DNA from: Balanoglossus misakiensis
Taxonomy: Eukaryota > Animalia > Hemichordata
Assembly (NCBI GenBank): GCA_040954595.2
Contig: CM082596.2
Span: 6,398,791 to 6,462,790 of the forward strand
Direction of reading: 5' to 3'
Length of the DNA stretch: 64,000 bases
Shown: piece after piece, positions 1 through 11,780 of the stretch
Numbering within the stretch: the stretch's first letter is position 1
Layout: each line of letters opens with the position of its first letter
Position numbers and translations under genes: made by a program
The notes under the pieces: model-generated
Seen by the model: only the letters and a program-made list of their open reading frames with translations
The model's database searches: none
Told to the model about the DNA's origin: nothing

Positions 1-275
1 TGAGTCTTTCTATGAGGCGTCGGTGGCGCATCCCGTGATATTAATTGTACAATTAAAATTCACACGTGATCCTAATGAAGTATAATAACTCACAGACTCA
101 CATCTTCCGATAACTTGGCATACATTTTACTCTGTGGAAAATAGGATGACAATATTGTGAAAGAACACGGTTCGCGGGGTTCCTGGTTATCAAACACGCA
201 TCAAGACTCGATACAACAGTTTTGCTTTGTGAGAAACATGACTACATAAGATGTGAGTTTTTTATTCGTTAACAG

Positions 276-3200
276 CGTCGTTATGCCCGAACCCCGGCGT
301 TCCAACCAACGGCCGCAAGTATGGCCGCCGGTATAACTATGGCAACGAGGTCCGATTCTACTGTAACCGCGGCTACGATCTGATTGGCTCTCCTGTTCGG
401 GAGTGTTTGGTGACCGGCAAGTGGTCCGGGGAGGAAGTCACGTGTGAAGGTGAATTTGGCATAACTGGTATTCGCTTATTTCGTGGGTTCACATGACCAC
501 TCATTGCAACGACGATTCTCTGTAAATGACAATCTTTCTCTGGTTCAATGATGCTTTGAGATGTCTGCCGGGAAACTCGTATTAAAAACACCGGCCAAAA
601 CTTCAAAATATGTCTTTTTTCTCCTGTCTTTTTCCCCAAGATCCTGACGACTTCGAAGACATCAATGAAGTCATGCCCAGACTTGCCAGACAATTTGACG
701 CTTTGCAACTTCTGTCGACGTCCACTCACAACATGAGTGACAGTGTACGCGAGCGCGGGCGCCTCCTGGACCTCTCACATCCGGGTGGGCTGGACCTCTA
801 CTTCGTGTTCGATGCCTCGGCCAGTGTCGGGCTCCAGAACTTCAACAGCGGGATTGCTTTTGCGAAGAAGCTTGTTGAGAAGGTAACGTATTACCATAGT
901 CCGGGATATCCAGACTACCTCCATCCCAAGTTCTTTGCTGAGCCCGAAAAGCAGTCTGGGTAAACGAAACTGGGAGGAATGAACCAGAATGCAACTTCCA
1001 CAAATAATTTTGTCCATATTTGTTCACTCTGAGAACCTGTCTTCCGAGGCCATGTCTTGCTCGAGTCATTGTACAGCCTGTATAACTGCTCCCATGTATC
1101 GTATACCGTAGGTTGGTGTGTCCAGTGCGTCTGGCGGTACTCGTGTAGGCGCCGTCATGTACGGAACTGAAGTCAAGGTCAATTTCCATCTATCGGATGA
1201 CCTGTTTACCACGCAGGCGGTTTTGGACGCCCTGGATGAAGTCAATTATGAAGGTGACACACAAATCTATCTATTTTCCCTCAAAGTTTTGACGAGACAA
1301 GTTCATGCTTTTGAAACATCAGAATGAAACAACACTTACTCCGCAGTGAGCCAAATTAGAAGAACTTACAGAAAGTACCTGCCTATAATGAAATCGACGT
1401 TTTGTTGTTTATCAATCAAAATCACAAGTCGATACCATGGTCACTGTGCTGTGGAAAAAGATTGTCATCACCTATAGCGATATCATTTTTTTCGTAGCCA
1501 TGGAAAATCGCCGGGGGACTGCAACGGGCCTAGCATTGAAGGCAATCCGGGAACTAATGATTCCACAAGCTGCGGCATTCCTTAACAGACCGAATGCAAA
1601 CAAAGCCCTATTCCTGATCACTGATGGTAGGTACAGGTTGAACATTATGACGATATGCCAAACCAGAGACTCTGGTTACAAAAATTGTATACAGTCAAGG
1701 CCATAAGGCAGCGGCTGTCCTAACAGAGACAAGATGGCAGCGACCATAGTCTGTGTCGGAGATCAGGAAAAGACAGCAAATCGGGTGAAAAGAAGGGACA
1801 AAACTAATCAAACCCTTGAAATTAAGAATCGAAAACAGCCACTGAAACGGGATGTTTCTCAGAGCTACTACGCCTTGTCAAAGATTATGACAGACATGTT
1901 GGTTTGACCTAAAGCTTGCGCCCACGACCCACACTTGTGATAGAGTGTCCAGGACTTAAAAAACTCCTGGTATCGCATTTCAGGGAGACACAACATCGGC
2001 GGAAATCCGGAAGCAGAGGCCAAGAAACTGGAGGAAGAGTTCAGAGTGGCCATCCACTGCATCGGAGTCGGTCATGACGTCAGCAAGAAGCAGCTCTCAG
2101 ACATCGCCTCGTCGCCGCTGAGGGAGCACCTATTCTTCGTGGCGGACTATCGGAGACTGGAGTGGCTTGTCGAGGGAATAACGAATGAAAAGATAGGCTA
2201 GTATAGAAGTATTATGCAATGCCCTGTTTCTAAGATGTCTAAACGAAATAATGTAAGCATATTATCAATTAGACTGTCTCCCGTTCTAGCTACACTCCGT
2301 GCTGCAAGCTGATTCATTCTGGCCAATATTGGAGAGTTTCACGAGAGTTTCGGTACTTTCGTCCTGTGTTTGTCTACTTTCTTGAGCATATTTTTCAAAA
2401 TATGCTCAATATATTCAAAATTTGGCGAAAGTGGGAAGAATTTCATTTGCGGCTAATTTATGGCGTTTTACCGCGATTCAGATTATTCGCCTTGTGGGTA
2501 TGCGGGCGACACCAAGTTGAACACCCGGGGGCGCATCGTCGGTGGCAACCAGGCAGCAGAAGGGGCGTGGCCGTGGCAAGCAGCATTGTTCAAAAAGATA
2601 CAACAGCAGGTACGAAATCCTCGCTCTGTGCAATGTCAAATTGATTTATATGAGCTCTAACAGTGGTCGAATACTGGGTAAATTAGCATACTGTTTGGAG
2701 TAGGACAAGTAAATACAGTTGGTACACTGGACAAAAATACTGACAAAATGCTAAATATTACAGCTAATGTCCCTTTAATCGAATATTTTACTACTTCAGA
2801 CCCAAATCTTCTGCGGAGGTACTCTGATCAGTCCGGAGTGGATACTGTCAGCGGCGCACTGCTTTCGTAACCCTGGGAACAATCTGGAAGCCGCGGACAT
2901 TCAAGTCAGACTAGGTAATATATGCTAGGGTGTGAAGTATTGATCGTTCGTGGACAATATATGTCCAGTCACTTTTCGATATCCACAAAAAAAAGAATCC
3001 ACCCCCCCCCCCTCCCCCGGCTGAAGAAACTGACCAGTCCCTAATCTGTTCTGTCGTGAGATATTCTGTTTCGATTTCCCCCTACAGGCGTAACGAACAG
3101 GCTCGAAGACAACGAACGAAAGCCCAAAGTTCAGTTCTTCGACGTCGATCGCCTCATCGTCCACCCGGACTTCGAGTACGACGATGCCGCCGACGTCTTG

Positions 3201-3983
3201 GACAGTGACGTGGCCCTTCTTCATCTGGCGCGCCCTGCAGTGCTGGGTCCCTTCGTCAGGACCGTGTGTCTACCGGACTCACAGGAGCTCCAGTTAGCAG
3301 GTATAGGTGTTGCTGAGAGCTGGACAGTTTCCCAATTGTGAAGTCCTTTTTGCGATAGGACGACAACACATTCATGGTGATGTACGACGTCAAAATGTGA
3401 CGTAGTGGTCGAGATCAGCACTCAGAGCGTGTAACAGTTTACTGATACGACAAAAGCAGAACCCCCTTGAGCATAAATGGACATGAGCATATATATTGGT
3501 ATAAATTCATCCGATTTTTTTGTCACAGGGTCATCGTTGATAGAGCCAAGCAAATACGCAGTCGTCACCGGTTGGGGACACTCGGCACCCCGCGTGGTCG
3601 GCGACCGACGACCGGCGGTGTTCGCGGAACACCTGAATCAAGTCCTGTTGCCGATACAGTCGGAGAACACGTGCCGGCGGGGCGTCGGTCTAGCCACCCT
3701 GGGCGCCGCGCACTTCACCCCTCGCATGTTCTGCGCGGGGCTGGGGAGCGCCGACGCCGACGCGGGCGACGCCGACCACAACGGCGCGATCCAAGACGCT
3801 TGCCAGGGAGACTCGGGCGGGCCAATAGCGCGGGAGTTTCGCGACCCGAAGAGCGGCGCCTACCGGTGGGCGCAGATCGGCATCGTCAGCTGGGGCGTCG
3901 GGTGCGCGCAAGAGGGCCACTACGGCTTTTACACCCATTTGCCCAACATGATGTCTTGGGTGAGAGAGAAAATCGGTGGGTAG
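276..3983 (+). CDS. Complement factor B/C2-like protein (CCP/sushi + vWA + trypsin-like serine protease), 5' end outside the window
   Basis: Phase-compatible exons 276-449 (CCP: [10 protein letters not shown]...[29 protein letters not shown]), 641-882 (vWA with MIDAS DASAS), 1112-1253, 1498-1626, 1984-2196, 2482-2609 (CG...R-IVGG), 2800-2914 (SAAHC), 3088-3300 (DSDVALL), 3529-3983 ([10 protein letters not shown], stop). AATAAA follows at ~3996. Confidence 0.93.
1708..1792 (+). mobile_element. Short interspersed repeat fragment, copy 1 (homologous to 12627-12715)
   Basis: CAAGATGGCAGCGACCATAGTCTGTGTCGGAGATCAGGAAAAGACAGCAAATCGGGTG aligns with CAAGATGGCGGCCACCATAGTCTGTGACAGAGACCGGGAAAAGACAGCAAACTGGGTG at ~12650. 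Both copies are intronic. Confidence 0.6.
2672..2778 (-). mobile_element. End fragment of a non-autonomous DNA transposon (TTAA-AGGG end, Kolobok/piggyBac-like), homologous to 14591-14690
   Basis: Reverse complement reads TTAAAGGGACATTAGCTGTAATATTTAGCATTT...GTGTACCAA...TATGCTAATTTACCCAGT, matching TTAAAGGGGCATTAGCTGTAAGTTTTGGCATTT...GTGTACCAA...TATGCTAATATACCCAGT at 14591. Confidence 0.55.
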
Positions 3984-4650
3984 CATATATGCTTGAATAA
4001 ACGTAAAAATGTATTAAGGGTCGATGAATACAAATATACACAGTGTTATGCTCTCATCCCCGACCTGAATAAAGCTCTTACATCATTCAGTTTAACAGCT
4101 GCTGTATTGAACTTTATCATTTATAGTTTTCTATAATTTGTAAAATATTTTCCATAATATTAACAGCATATTATGCTTTTATAATTTGAAATGCACTCAC
4201 GTATTATTGCATATTACGTTGGCAACTAAATACAACTCTGTAATTCTTTTGCCACCGGTGATGTGTAAATGAGATGAAATAGTCCCAGCTGGAACGTGTT
4301 GAAATAAAAACTTGTACGTGTACAGTACAGAACAGTACATTACAGTACAGAACATGATGTTAATGTTCTCTGTTCCCCCCCCCCCCCCCCCCACAAGAAT
4401 CCCAGACTACAAATCCGAGCAAATTGGAAACGTATACACATAACGTTTGATATGGAAAATCATAATGCAATTTAACGGGCTTTTGTTTCATGAATATATG
4501 CATGGGTATGCCCTATGCTGCTTTCGAAGTAGAAATCTCAGAGGTAACGGGATTATTGACATTTGCTCTCGAGTTCCTACCTGATCAGGCCATGTGACTA
4601 GAAAAAAAGAGGGTAAATGTCTGGTCTGGGTGAACTTGTAAGTAAATAAA

Positions 4651-5845
4651 TCAATATTCGGGATCTTCATCCGGCTCCTCGCTCTCCTGTATCCCGCTAC
4701 TACCCTCGACTTCGAAGGCTTTTTGAAAGATCACCATGGTATCCCAGTCGAGGCCGACGAACCGGATGTCACGCAGGGAGTCCTGGGAAGTCTGGTTGTC
4801 GATGAAGTCGTTCACCGCGTCGCGCATCGTCCCCGCGCACACCTTGGCTGGTATCCCACAAATACCTGCAGTGCAAGAATGAGAATAGCGCCCTCGTTAG
4901 AGACTATATGGCGTGCACGTGGTACAAGAGATCGATAGGTCACCAATGTTCTCAACACCTGCCAATTACCATGTTCACACCGAACAAAAGACTTGAGTGG
5001 CATTTCAAACACACGTGTAGCAGACAGTACAAATAACATGTATTCATGTCTAAACTTGTCAGCATTGCGCATATGTGTGTACAGTCAGCAATTTGATATC
5101 CCAATTTGATTTCCCAATTTTTAAGAGAGAATACTCTGAAGTTGTTTTAGCAAAATAGGAGTGAAAGGCTTTGGCTTCGAGGGGCATACATCGTTGACAA
5201 ACAGACAGGACACAGACCAAGAAACTTAGTAGTAAAATGAACAGTGAGAATATCCAGAAATGAAAACCAGAAGAACGGCTATAATGTACATGTACATACA
5301 TTCAAGCTCTCAAAAGCCAGATGACAGCACAGATAAGAGTTACAGCTACATGTACACTATATCCTTCTGACATATTTTGGGGGCGTGATGCACGCCGGAA
5401 ACATACCTGTTCCGAGGGCGGGGATCGCCAGGGATGTCGAGTTAGTTTCGTTACTCGCCGCCTTCAGTAGGTTGCCGCAGCACTGGAACAATTGGTCGGT
5501 GACGTCGTCTCCAGAGTCGGCCCTCCAGAGCGGGCACACCACGTGCAGCACGCGGCGACATGGCAGGTTGCCCGCGCCGGTGCACACGACTTCCGTGACG
5601 TCCAGCGGGCCCCGCTCCTGGACGATTTCGTCGCTCTCGCCCTGAATGCTGTCGCCGCCGGCACGCGCTATGGCTCCCGCAACGCCGTCTTCGTGCAGCA
5701 GCTCGCCGTTGGCCGAGCTGGCGATGGCGTCCACCGCCTCCAGCGTGATGTCGCCGCATCGAACGCTGACCGTCGTTTCGTTCGGAGCCGTGTTCGTGTA
5801 GAGCACCAGGGCAAAACCGTCGTCATGTGCAGCGCCCCCAGCCAT
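4651..5845 (-). CDS. Stand-alone macrodomain protein (PARP9/PARP14/MacroD-type ADP-ribose-binding domain)
   Basis: Exons 5845-5407 and 4865-4651 join in phase: VRCGDITLEAVDAIASSANGELLHEDGVAGAIARAGG...VCTGAGNLPCRRVLHVVCP...SLAIPALGT|GICGIP...DIRFVGLD. The start is uncertain; small upstream exons near 6290-6310 are possible. Confidence 0.85.
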
Positions 5846-6617
5846 GACTTGGGACTGAGACTCTGCTCTGTCGGCATAAGGGCAGGTTAGATCAACAGAG
5901 GGCAAGCCGCTTTTCAGCTTAGTACGAAGTTATTAGAGTCTCAAAGTCTGTAAATAATCTGTTAGTAAGCTCGATAGGCGATGACACCACACGAAATGTA
6001 TCATTCATGTCTTCTCGACATATCATACAAATATTGGTGTATATACAGTGCCGCACAGTACAGCACAGAACAGCATATCGCAACACAACACTATTAAAAC
6101 ACAGCACATCACCAGGCGTACAGAAGCGCAGTGACCATGGTGAACCCGGACGTTGCACATTGCAAAATATCTGCGTGGGCCAGGTAGCGGCCTTAATTTG
6201 GCTGTATTTAATATCTTTCAAATAAGACCTAAATCACACCAAACTTTCTAAAGACATTTCTTGATCGAAAATTGAAACAACATACCTCTTGAAAGCTTCT
6301 TTCACTTCTGTGGAGGAAAACACGACAAAACAACAACGCGAGACACAATGTACATCAGCTGATTATCGACGGTGGACTTTGCTTATTTACACGCACGCGC
6401 AGTGCCGCGGTACAGAAACGAAACGTGTCTTTTTAAAAAAGCACACACGCTCAAAAAACACGCGTGCGAAACGAAAGATATGAGATTAATGCTGGGAAAA
6501 GATGGGGCGAAGACCGGCACAGAATAAATTTCCAGGAAAAGCTGTCGTGACATGGAAAAGTTATATCTTAAGGGCAGCAGACGGGATAAAGTTAACAGAA
6601 TGGCAAATTTTTATACT

Positions 6618-6705
6618 CAAAACAAAACAAAACAAAACAAAACAAAACAAAACAAAACAAAACAAAACAAAACAAAACAAAACAAAACAAAACAAAACAA
6701 AACAA
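6618..6705. repeat. (AAAAC)n microsatellite
   Basis: Perfect pentanucleotide tandem array. Confidence 0.95.
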
Positions 6706-7164
6706 AGCGAATGTTTGATGACTTTACGACATTCCCGTTTTCACTAAAAAGGCAGACAAGCAGTAATTTTGAAGAAAAGGGCGTTTTTTTCTATTTGTTG
6801 GACGTGTGTAATTTCTGTCTGACCAGCAGCGCCGGTTAACTGACTCGGTTGACCCATATCCAAATCTGCCAACAAGATGACCACCGGGACCTATACGTTA
6901 CCAAAACTCTACAATATTATTCTTAGAAATCCAAAATTATTATTATTAGAGAAACCAACATTATTATTCATAGAAATCCAAAATTATCACTTTCATCATA
7001 ACATAACTCATGAAGGTACGATTTTACCTCAACACTCAATACAATTAGTACGCAAACGATGTTGATGACGCAAATACCTATAGGAGTATATATATATATA
7101 TATATAGGAAATTGAAACTAAGTTATTTTCAACTAAGTTATTTCGCGCATTAGTCCAGTGAATA

Positions 7165-8385
7165 ATGGCAGTGGTTAGCAACCGCCCCGTTTGCTTCGGC
7201 CATTTCCTAACGCTAAAACCGCAGCCTCTGAACAGAGACGAATTACTGACACATACTGACGAAAGTGAAACCGTCTACAGTTGGGACGCAACTTTACCGG
7301 CGCAGAAAAGTCTCCTGGCGATCAAACCACAGCCCCTGGGAGCAGACGAGTTGCCGACACATACTGGCGCAAACGAAAACGCCTACAGTTGGGACGAATC
7401 ATCACCACTGCAACAAAACCGTATCGGTGATGGAAGGTGTGCAGAGGAAGACCTTGCTAAAGACGGCGAGTCGTCCACGTGTTTCAAGACTGCGGCAGGA
7501 TTGGTGCTTGCGTTTATATGCGGGTGTGCTCACGCCGGAATCTCCGCACTTGTCGTTTTAGCCCAACAGAACGCGTCGGTCCTACATTTGCAGATGATTT
7601 TCTTGAGTGACGTGTTCGCCGTCGTGGTCTTGCTGATTTTTGTCGTCTGCCAGCGCATAGACATCAGACTGGGATGCTGGAGAGACCGAATGGCGGCAGC
7701 GGCGACCGGCCCCCTCTCCACCGCCATATCGGCGGGTCTTTTCGCAGCCTATTCCATGGCGCCGCTCGGGAACGTCATGAGCACATACGGGGGGCTGACC
7801 CCGATCGGTGCTTCTATACTGGCGTGTGTTTGCCTCAAGGAGTCGTGCAAATTGGGCGAAATCCTATCGGTCGTTCTGAGTGTTGCCGGCACCGTGCTGG
7901 TGACCCAGCCGGGGTTTTTAACGCGGGACGACTCTGCACAGCCAGCCACCGATATTGCAGCCTACCTACTCGCGGGTCTTGCCGTCGTCGGACAAGCTTT
8001 CACATTCCTGATTTTACGCTATGTGAAGGACAGGATCCACACGTGTGCAGTTATGCTTTGCACACACTCAATTTCCGCTATTCTAAGCAGCATCCTTCTG
8101 TTGATGGACGGCCCTTTAACGTGGTCTTTTGACCGCCGAACGTGGATTACCTTACTGGGACTAGCCGTGGTTCGGTTAACTGCTAAACTCTCGAACACCC
8201 AAAGTCTGAAATTCGTATCCGCTGCAACATGTGCTCTGGTGTTAAATATTGAAATTGTACTAGGTTTTGTGTTCGACGTTTTTTTGTTTGGAAGGGAAGT
8301 CACCGTACTGCCGTACGTCGGGTCTGCGTTGATTATAGCTGGGTCCGCCATCGTTGTTATTTTTCCTTACGTGAATAGGAAATGA
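7165..8385 (+). CDS. SLC35G/EamA-like drug/metabolite transporter, paralog 1 (intronless)
   Basis: 406-aa ORF with ~10 hydrophobic segments and DMT motifs (MAPLGNV...TPIGASILACVCLKES, GTVLVTQP, EIVLGFVFDVFLFG...YVGSALII). Confidence 0.85.
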   Translation: MAVVSNRPVCFGHFLTLKPQPLNRDELLTHTDESETVYSWDATLPAQKSLLAIKPQPLGADELPTHTGANENAYSWDESSPLQQNRIGDGRCAEEDLAKDGESSTCFKTAAGLVLAFICGCAHAGISALVVLAQQNASVLHLQMIFLSDVFAVVVLLIFVVCQRIDIRLGCWRDRMAAAATGPLSTAISAGLFAAYSMAPLGNVMSTYGGLTPIGASILACVCLKESCKLGEILSVVLSVAGTVLVTQPGFLTRDDSAQPATDIAAYLLAGLAVVGQAFTFLILRYVKDRIHTCAVMLCTHSISAILSSILLLMDGPLTWSFDRRTWITLLGLAVVRLTAKLSNTQSLKFVSAATCALVLNIEIVLGFVFDVFLFGREVTVLPYVGSALIIAGSAIVVIFPYVNRK

Positions 8386-8761
8386 CATTCACTAGAAGTA
8401 CTGGAAAGAATGAGCGAATTTACTGGATTTAAATCAGACAAAGTTACTTTGTTTTGGTATTTTATACAGGCCTAGTCACAATAAAGAAAAAAAAATATTT
8501 TTTTGTTGATGGATGGATGGATGGATGGACAGACAGACAGACAGACAGACATACGGACAATCTATACCTATCTGATAAAGCTCCTGGTCGCTGACAGCGG
8601 AGCTAAACGTATATTCATGGTAAGTGGATAGAAGGAATACAATGTGTATGCAAATCATATATATGAGGCAAGCACCTATACATATACCAAATTGGAGCTA
8701 ATTTTAGTTATTTAATTCGAAGCGATTGTTGAACGTGCATTTTTTTTCTCTCAAGAGAACA

Positions 8762-10030
8762 ATGGCGGCGGCTACCTATCCCCGTCTTTGCCGCGACCAT
8801 TTCCTAACGATAAAACCACAGCCTCTGAACAGAGATGCGTCCACCGACGAAAATGAAGGCGTCCATAGTTCCCTCCATAGTTGGGACGCAGCATTACCAG
8901 CTCAACAGAGTCTTCTAATGATAAAACCACAGCTTCTTAACAGAGACGTGATACTGGCACAAACTGCTGGGACGAATCATTGCCACCACCACCACCACTA
9001 CAACAACGACAACGACTTTATCAATGACGGATGGAGTACAGAGTCCGAGACGGAGGACCTCCTTGCTGACAGTGCGAAGGATGACGAGTCGTCTTCACGC
9101 CTGAAGACGGCGGCAGGGTTATTATTAGCATTTATATGCGGGTGTTCTTTTGCAGGAACCTCTGCACTAATCGTCGTCGTATCCCGACTCGCACCGGTCG
9201 CAACGTTCCAGATGGTTTTTCTGACCGATTCGATCGCCACCGCGGTGATGCTGGCTTGCGTCGCTTGCCAGCGCATTGACATCAGACTGGAAGGCTGGAA
9301 GGACCGGGCAAAATCGACGGCAGTCGGCCTCCTCTACGCGGTCACGTCGGTGAGTCTCTTCAAGATCTACCCCATGGCGCCGCTTGGAAACATCAACTCC
9401 ATCTACGGTGGGTCGATCCCGATCCTCGCGTCCGTCCTGGCGTGTATTTGCCTCAAGGAATCGTGCAGATTTGGCGAAATCATATCGATCATTCTGAGTG
9501 CCGTTGGGACAGTGCTGGTGACCCAGCCCGCGATTTTAGTACAGGACAGATCTACACAGACAACCGGCGATGAACTGACAGCGTACATACTCGCGGGTCT
9601 AGTCGCCCTCGCTGCATCCTTCATATTCCTGATTATGCGTGATGCAAAAGATAGAATACACCCATACGCTATAATGTTACACACCCACGTCATTTCGGGC
9701 GCTCTGAACGGAATGCTGTCGTTAATTGACGCTCCTTTAAGTTGGAATTTCGACCTCCGAACTTGGCTGACCTTACTTGGACTAGGCGTGGTTCGGTTAT
9801 TTTCTAGATTGACGCGCACCCAAAGTCTGAAATTAGTGCCCGTTGCAAGCTCTTCTCTGTTTTCAACTTCAGAGATTGTACTAGGCTTTGTGTTCGACGT
9901 TTGTTTGTTTGGGAGGGAAGTCACCGTAATGTCATACGTCGGGTCTGGGCTGATTATAGCTGGGTCCGCCGTCGTTGTTATTTTTCCTTACGTGATTAGG
10001 GCCCGTGATGGTAACGAGAAAATGCATTAA
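8762..10030 (+). CDS. SLC35G/EamA-like drug/metabolite transporter, paralog 2 (intronless tandem duplicate)
   Basis: ATG at 8762. Collinear with paralog 1 (KTAAGLLLAFICGC, CQRIDIRL, CLKESC, EIVLGFVFDV, AVVVIFPYV). Confidence 0.85.
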   Translation: MAAATYPRLCRDHFLTIKPQPLNRDASTDENEGVHSSLHSWDAALPAQQSLLMIKPQLLNRDVILAQTAGTNHCHHHHHYNNDNDFINDGWSTESETEDLLADSAKDDESSSRLKTAAGLLLAFICGCSFAGTSALIVVVSRLAPVATFQMVFLTDSIATAVMLACVACQRIDIRLEGWKDRAKSTAVGLLYAVTSVSLFKIYPMAPLGNINSIYGGSIPILASVLACICLKESCRFGEIISIILSAVGTVLVTQPAILVQDRSTQTTGDELTAYILAGLVALAASFIFLIMRDAKDRIHPYAIMLHTHVISGALNGMLSLIDAPLSWNFDLRTWLTLLGLGVVRLFSRLTRTQSLKLVPVASSSLFSTSEIVLGFVFDVCLFGREVTVMSYVGSGLIIAGSAVVVIFPYVIRARDGNEKMH

Positions 10031-11780
10031 AAGAATGTGCTTACTAAATTGTCTAGTCTTGTTACAATGCTCAGTGAATTCATTCAATTACAATTATATT
10101 TGTTATTTAACGTTCGAAAAATTGTATTTTTGAATACCTATTTTATGTGAACACAGAAAACAAAAGTCGCATTTCAGAGACTTGGACACACAATATATAT
10201 TACATGTTTTTTACTTCAGAAGTAGTCGGATGTCAGAGCTGTTGGACAGGCCGGATGAGGTCTGTTAGCACAGGACTGTACACACTGATGTCATTTCTGA
10301 CTTATCCCGTCGAAAAAGACCAGGCGGAGAGGGTCATGGACGCCGCCCTCTACAGTGGCTTCTAAATTGACCGATCAGAGTGCGGCAAACATTAAATTAA
10401 CAAATTGATGTCATTTCTGAGTATATCCAAGGCCGATTCATCGTGGAGGTTGTTTCTGGTGCTGAGCCAACGGGTCGGAGCAGGGCCTGTCGATCAATCG
10501 ATGACAATTGCGTGCCTCAACACGAATACCGTGACGCTATTCCGAACCCTCACGCTTGCTATTAATTTACTAGTATGGCTCCTGGTGTTCAGCGCGCAGC
10601 ACATAGGCTAACTTTATAGTTACGGACAGCGTTCAAATTGAGGAATTCACACTCTCATTGATAACCAAGTGTTCAAAATACACCCTATAAAACTTGAGGT
10701 GGGAGGACACAAAAACACACACATCACACATAATGTGCTTTAAATATTTAAGTATTTCTAAAAAAAAATGTTATACAATATCAGTTATTACTTCGACCTG
10801 TTTAGCATTCCAATATTATTTGTCAGTCCTGACGTAATACTACAGCTTATATTGACTGCAATAAACATCTTCAAAGCAAACGGAAGTGTCATATATTTTT
10901 TGTACTGCAGTTGGCTACACCTAGTGGACGGACAGAATGTGAAAATTTTCTAACAATTTACATTAGCCGTGGTGTCTTGAAAACAAACCGATGCGTCCTT
11001 ACATGTTTTCTGTACAAATAGAATCCGCATTGGTTATTGCTGGTTCGCTCATGATGGCCAATTTCATTCCTTAGTCTAGCATTGTTCCACGCCATCTTCA
11101 ATGACTCTGATCTTTGAATTATTTCGGCGAAGCAGGTTGATCCATGGCACTGTGGGGATTCATAACGTTGTATATATATTTTAGTCAGAACGTAGTGATT
11201 TCTTCGTCGAGGTCATTTATAACGAATCGTTGACATGTTCTGCGGCAACGAAATCTTCTCAGTTTCAGATGGGAACAGTCTTTGGCACGATGCAACATCA
11301 AAGCTTCAGATCAGGGTCTTGCTGATTTTTTCCGTTTCTTTTCTGTTGTCTTCTTTTCGGTCTTACCTAAACCATAAAGGAGCAACAATTAAATTAGAAC
11401 TCCGGGACTTTGTGGGCTCCAGGATATTTTTATACCGAGTAGTCGTCATTTGTTTTTCTTGAAATGCTTCCGTTGGTCTTTGGGACACGGGAAGGGAAAA
11501 CTATTATATAGGACGTGTCTGTTCTGTTTGGTGAACTGATTATAAAGTGACCTATTGGGCGCCTGATGACAACCGGACTCTGCTATCAAAACTGCAAACT
11601 ACACAAAATGTATCCAAAAATACAGGGTCTGGCATTCTGGTCTTCATTTTGAAATTTTGCTTTTTTTGCTATTTGCATGTGAAAGGGACTCTAGCCACGG
11701 CAACTCTGGTCACCGATATTGGGCGACGCCCCTGCTCATTAACTCAGCCAATCAGTAGTAGATCAGGTTATGATTGACTT

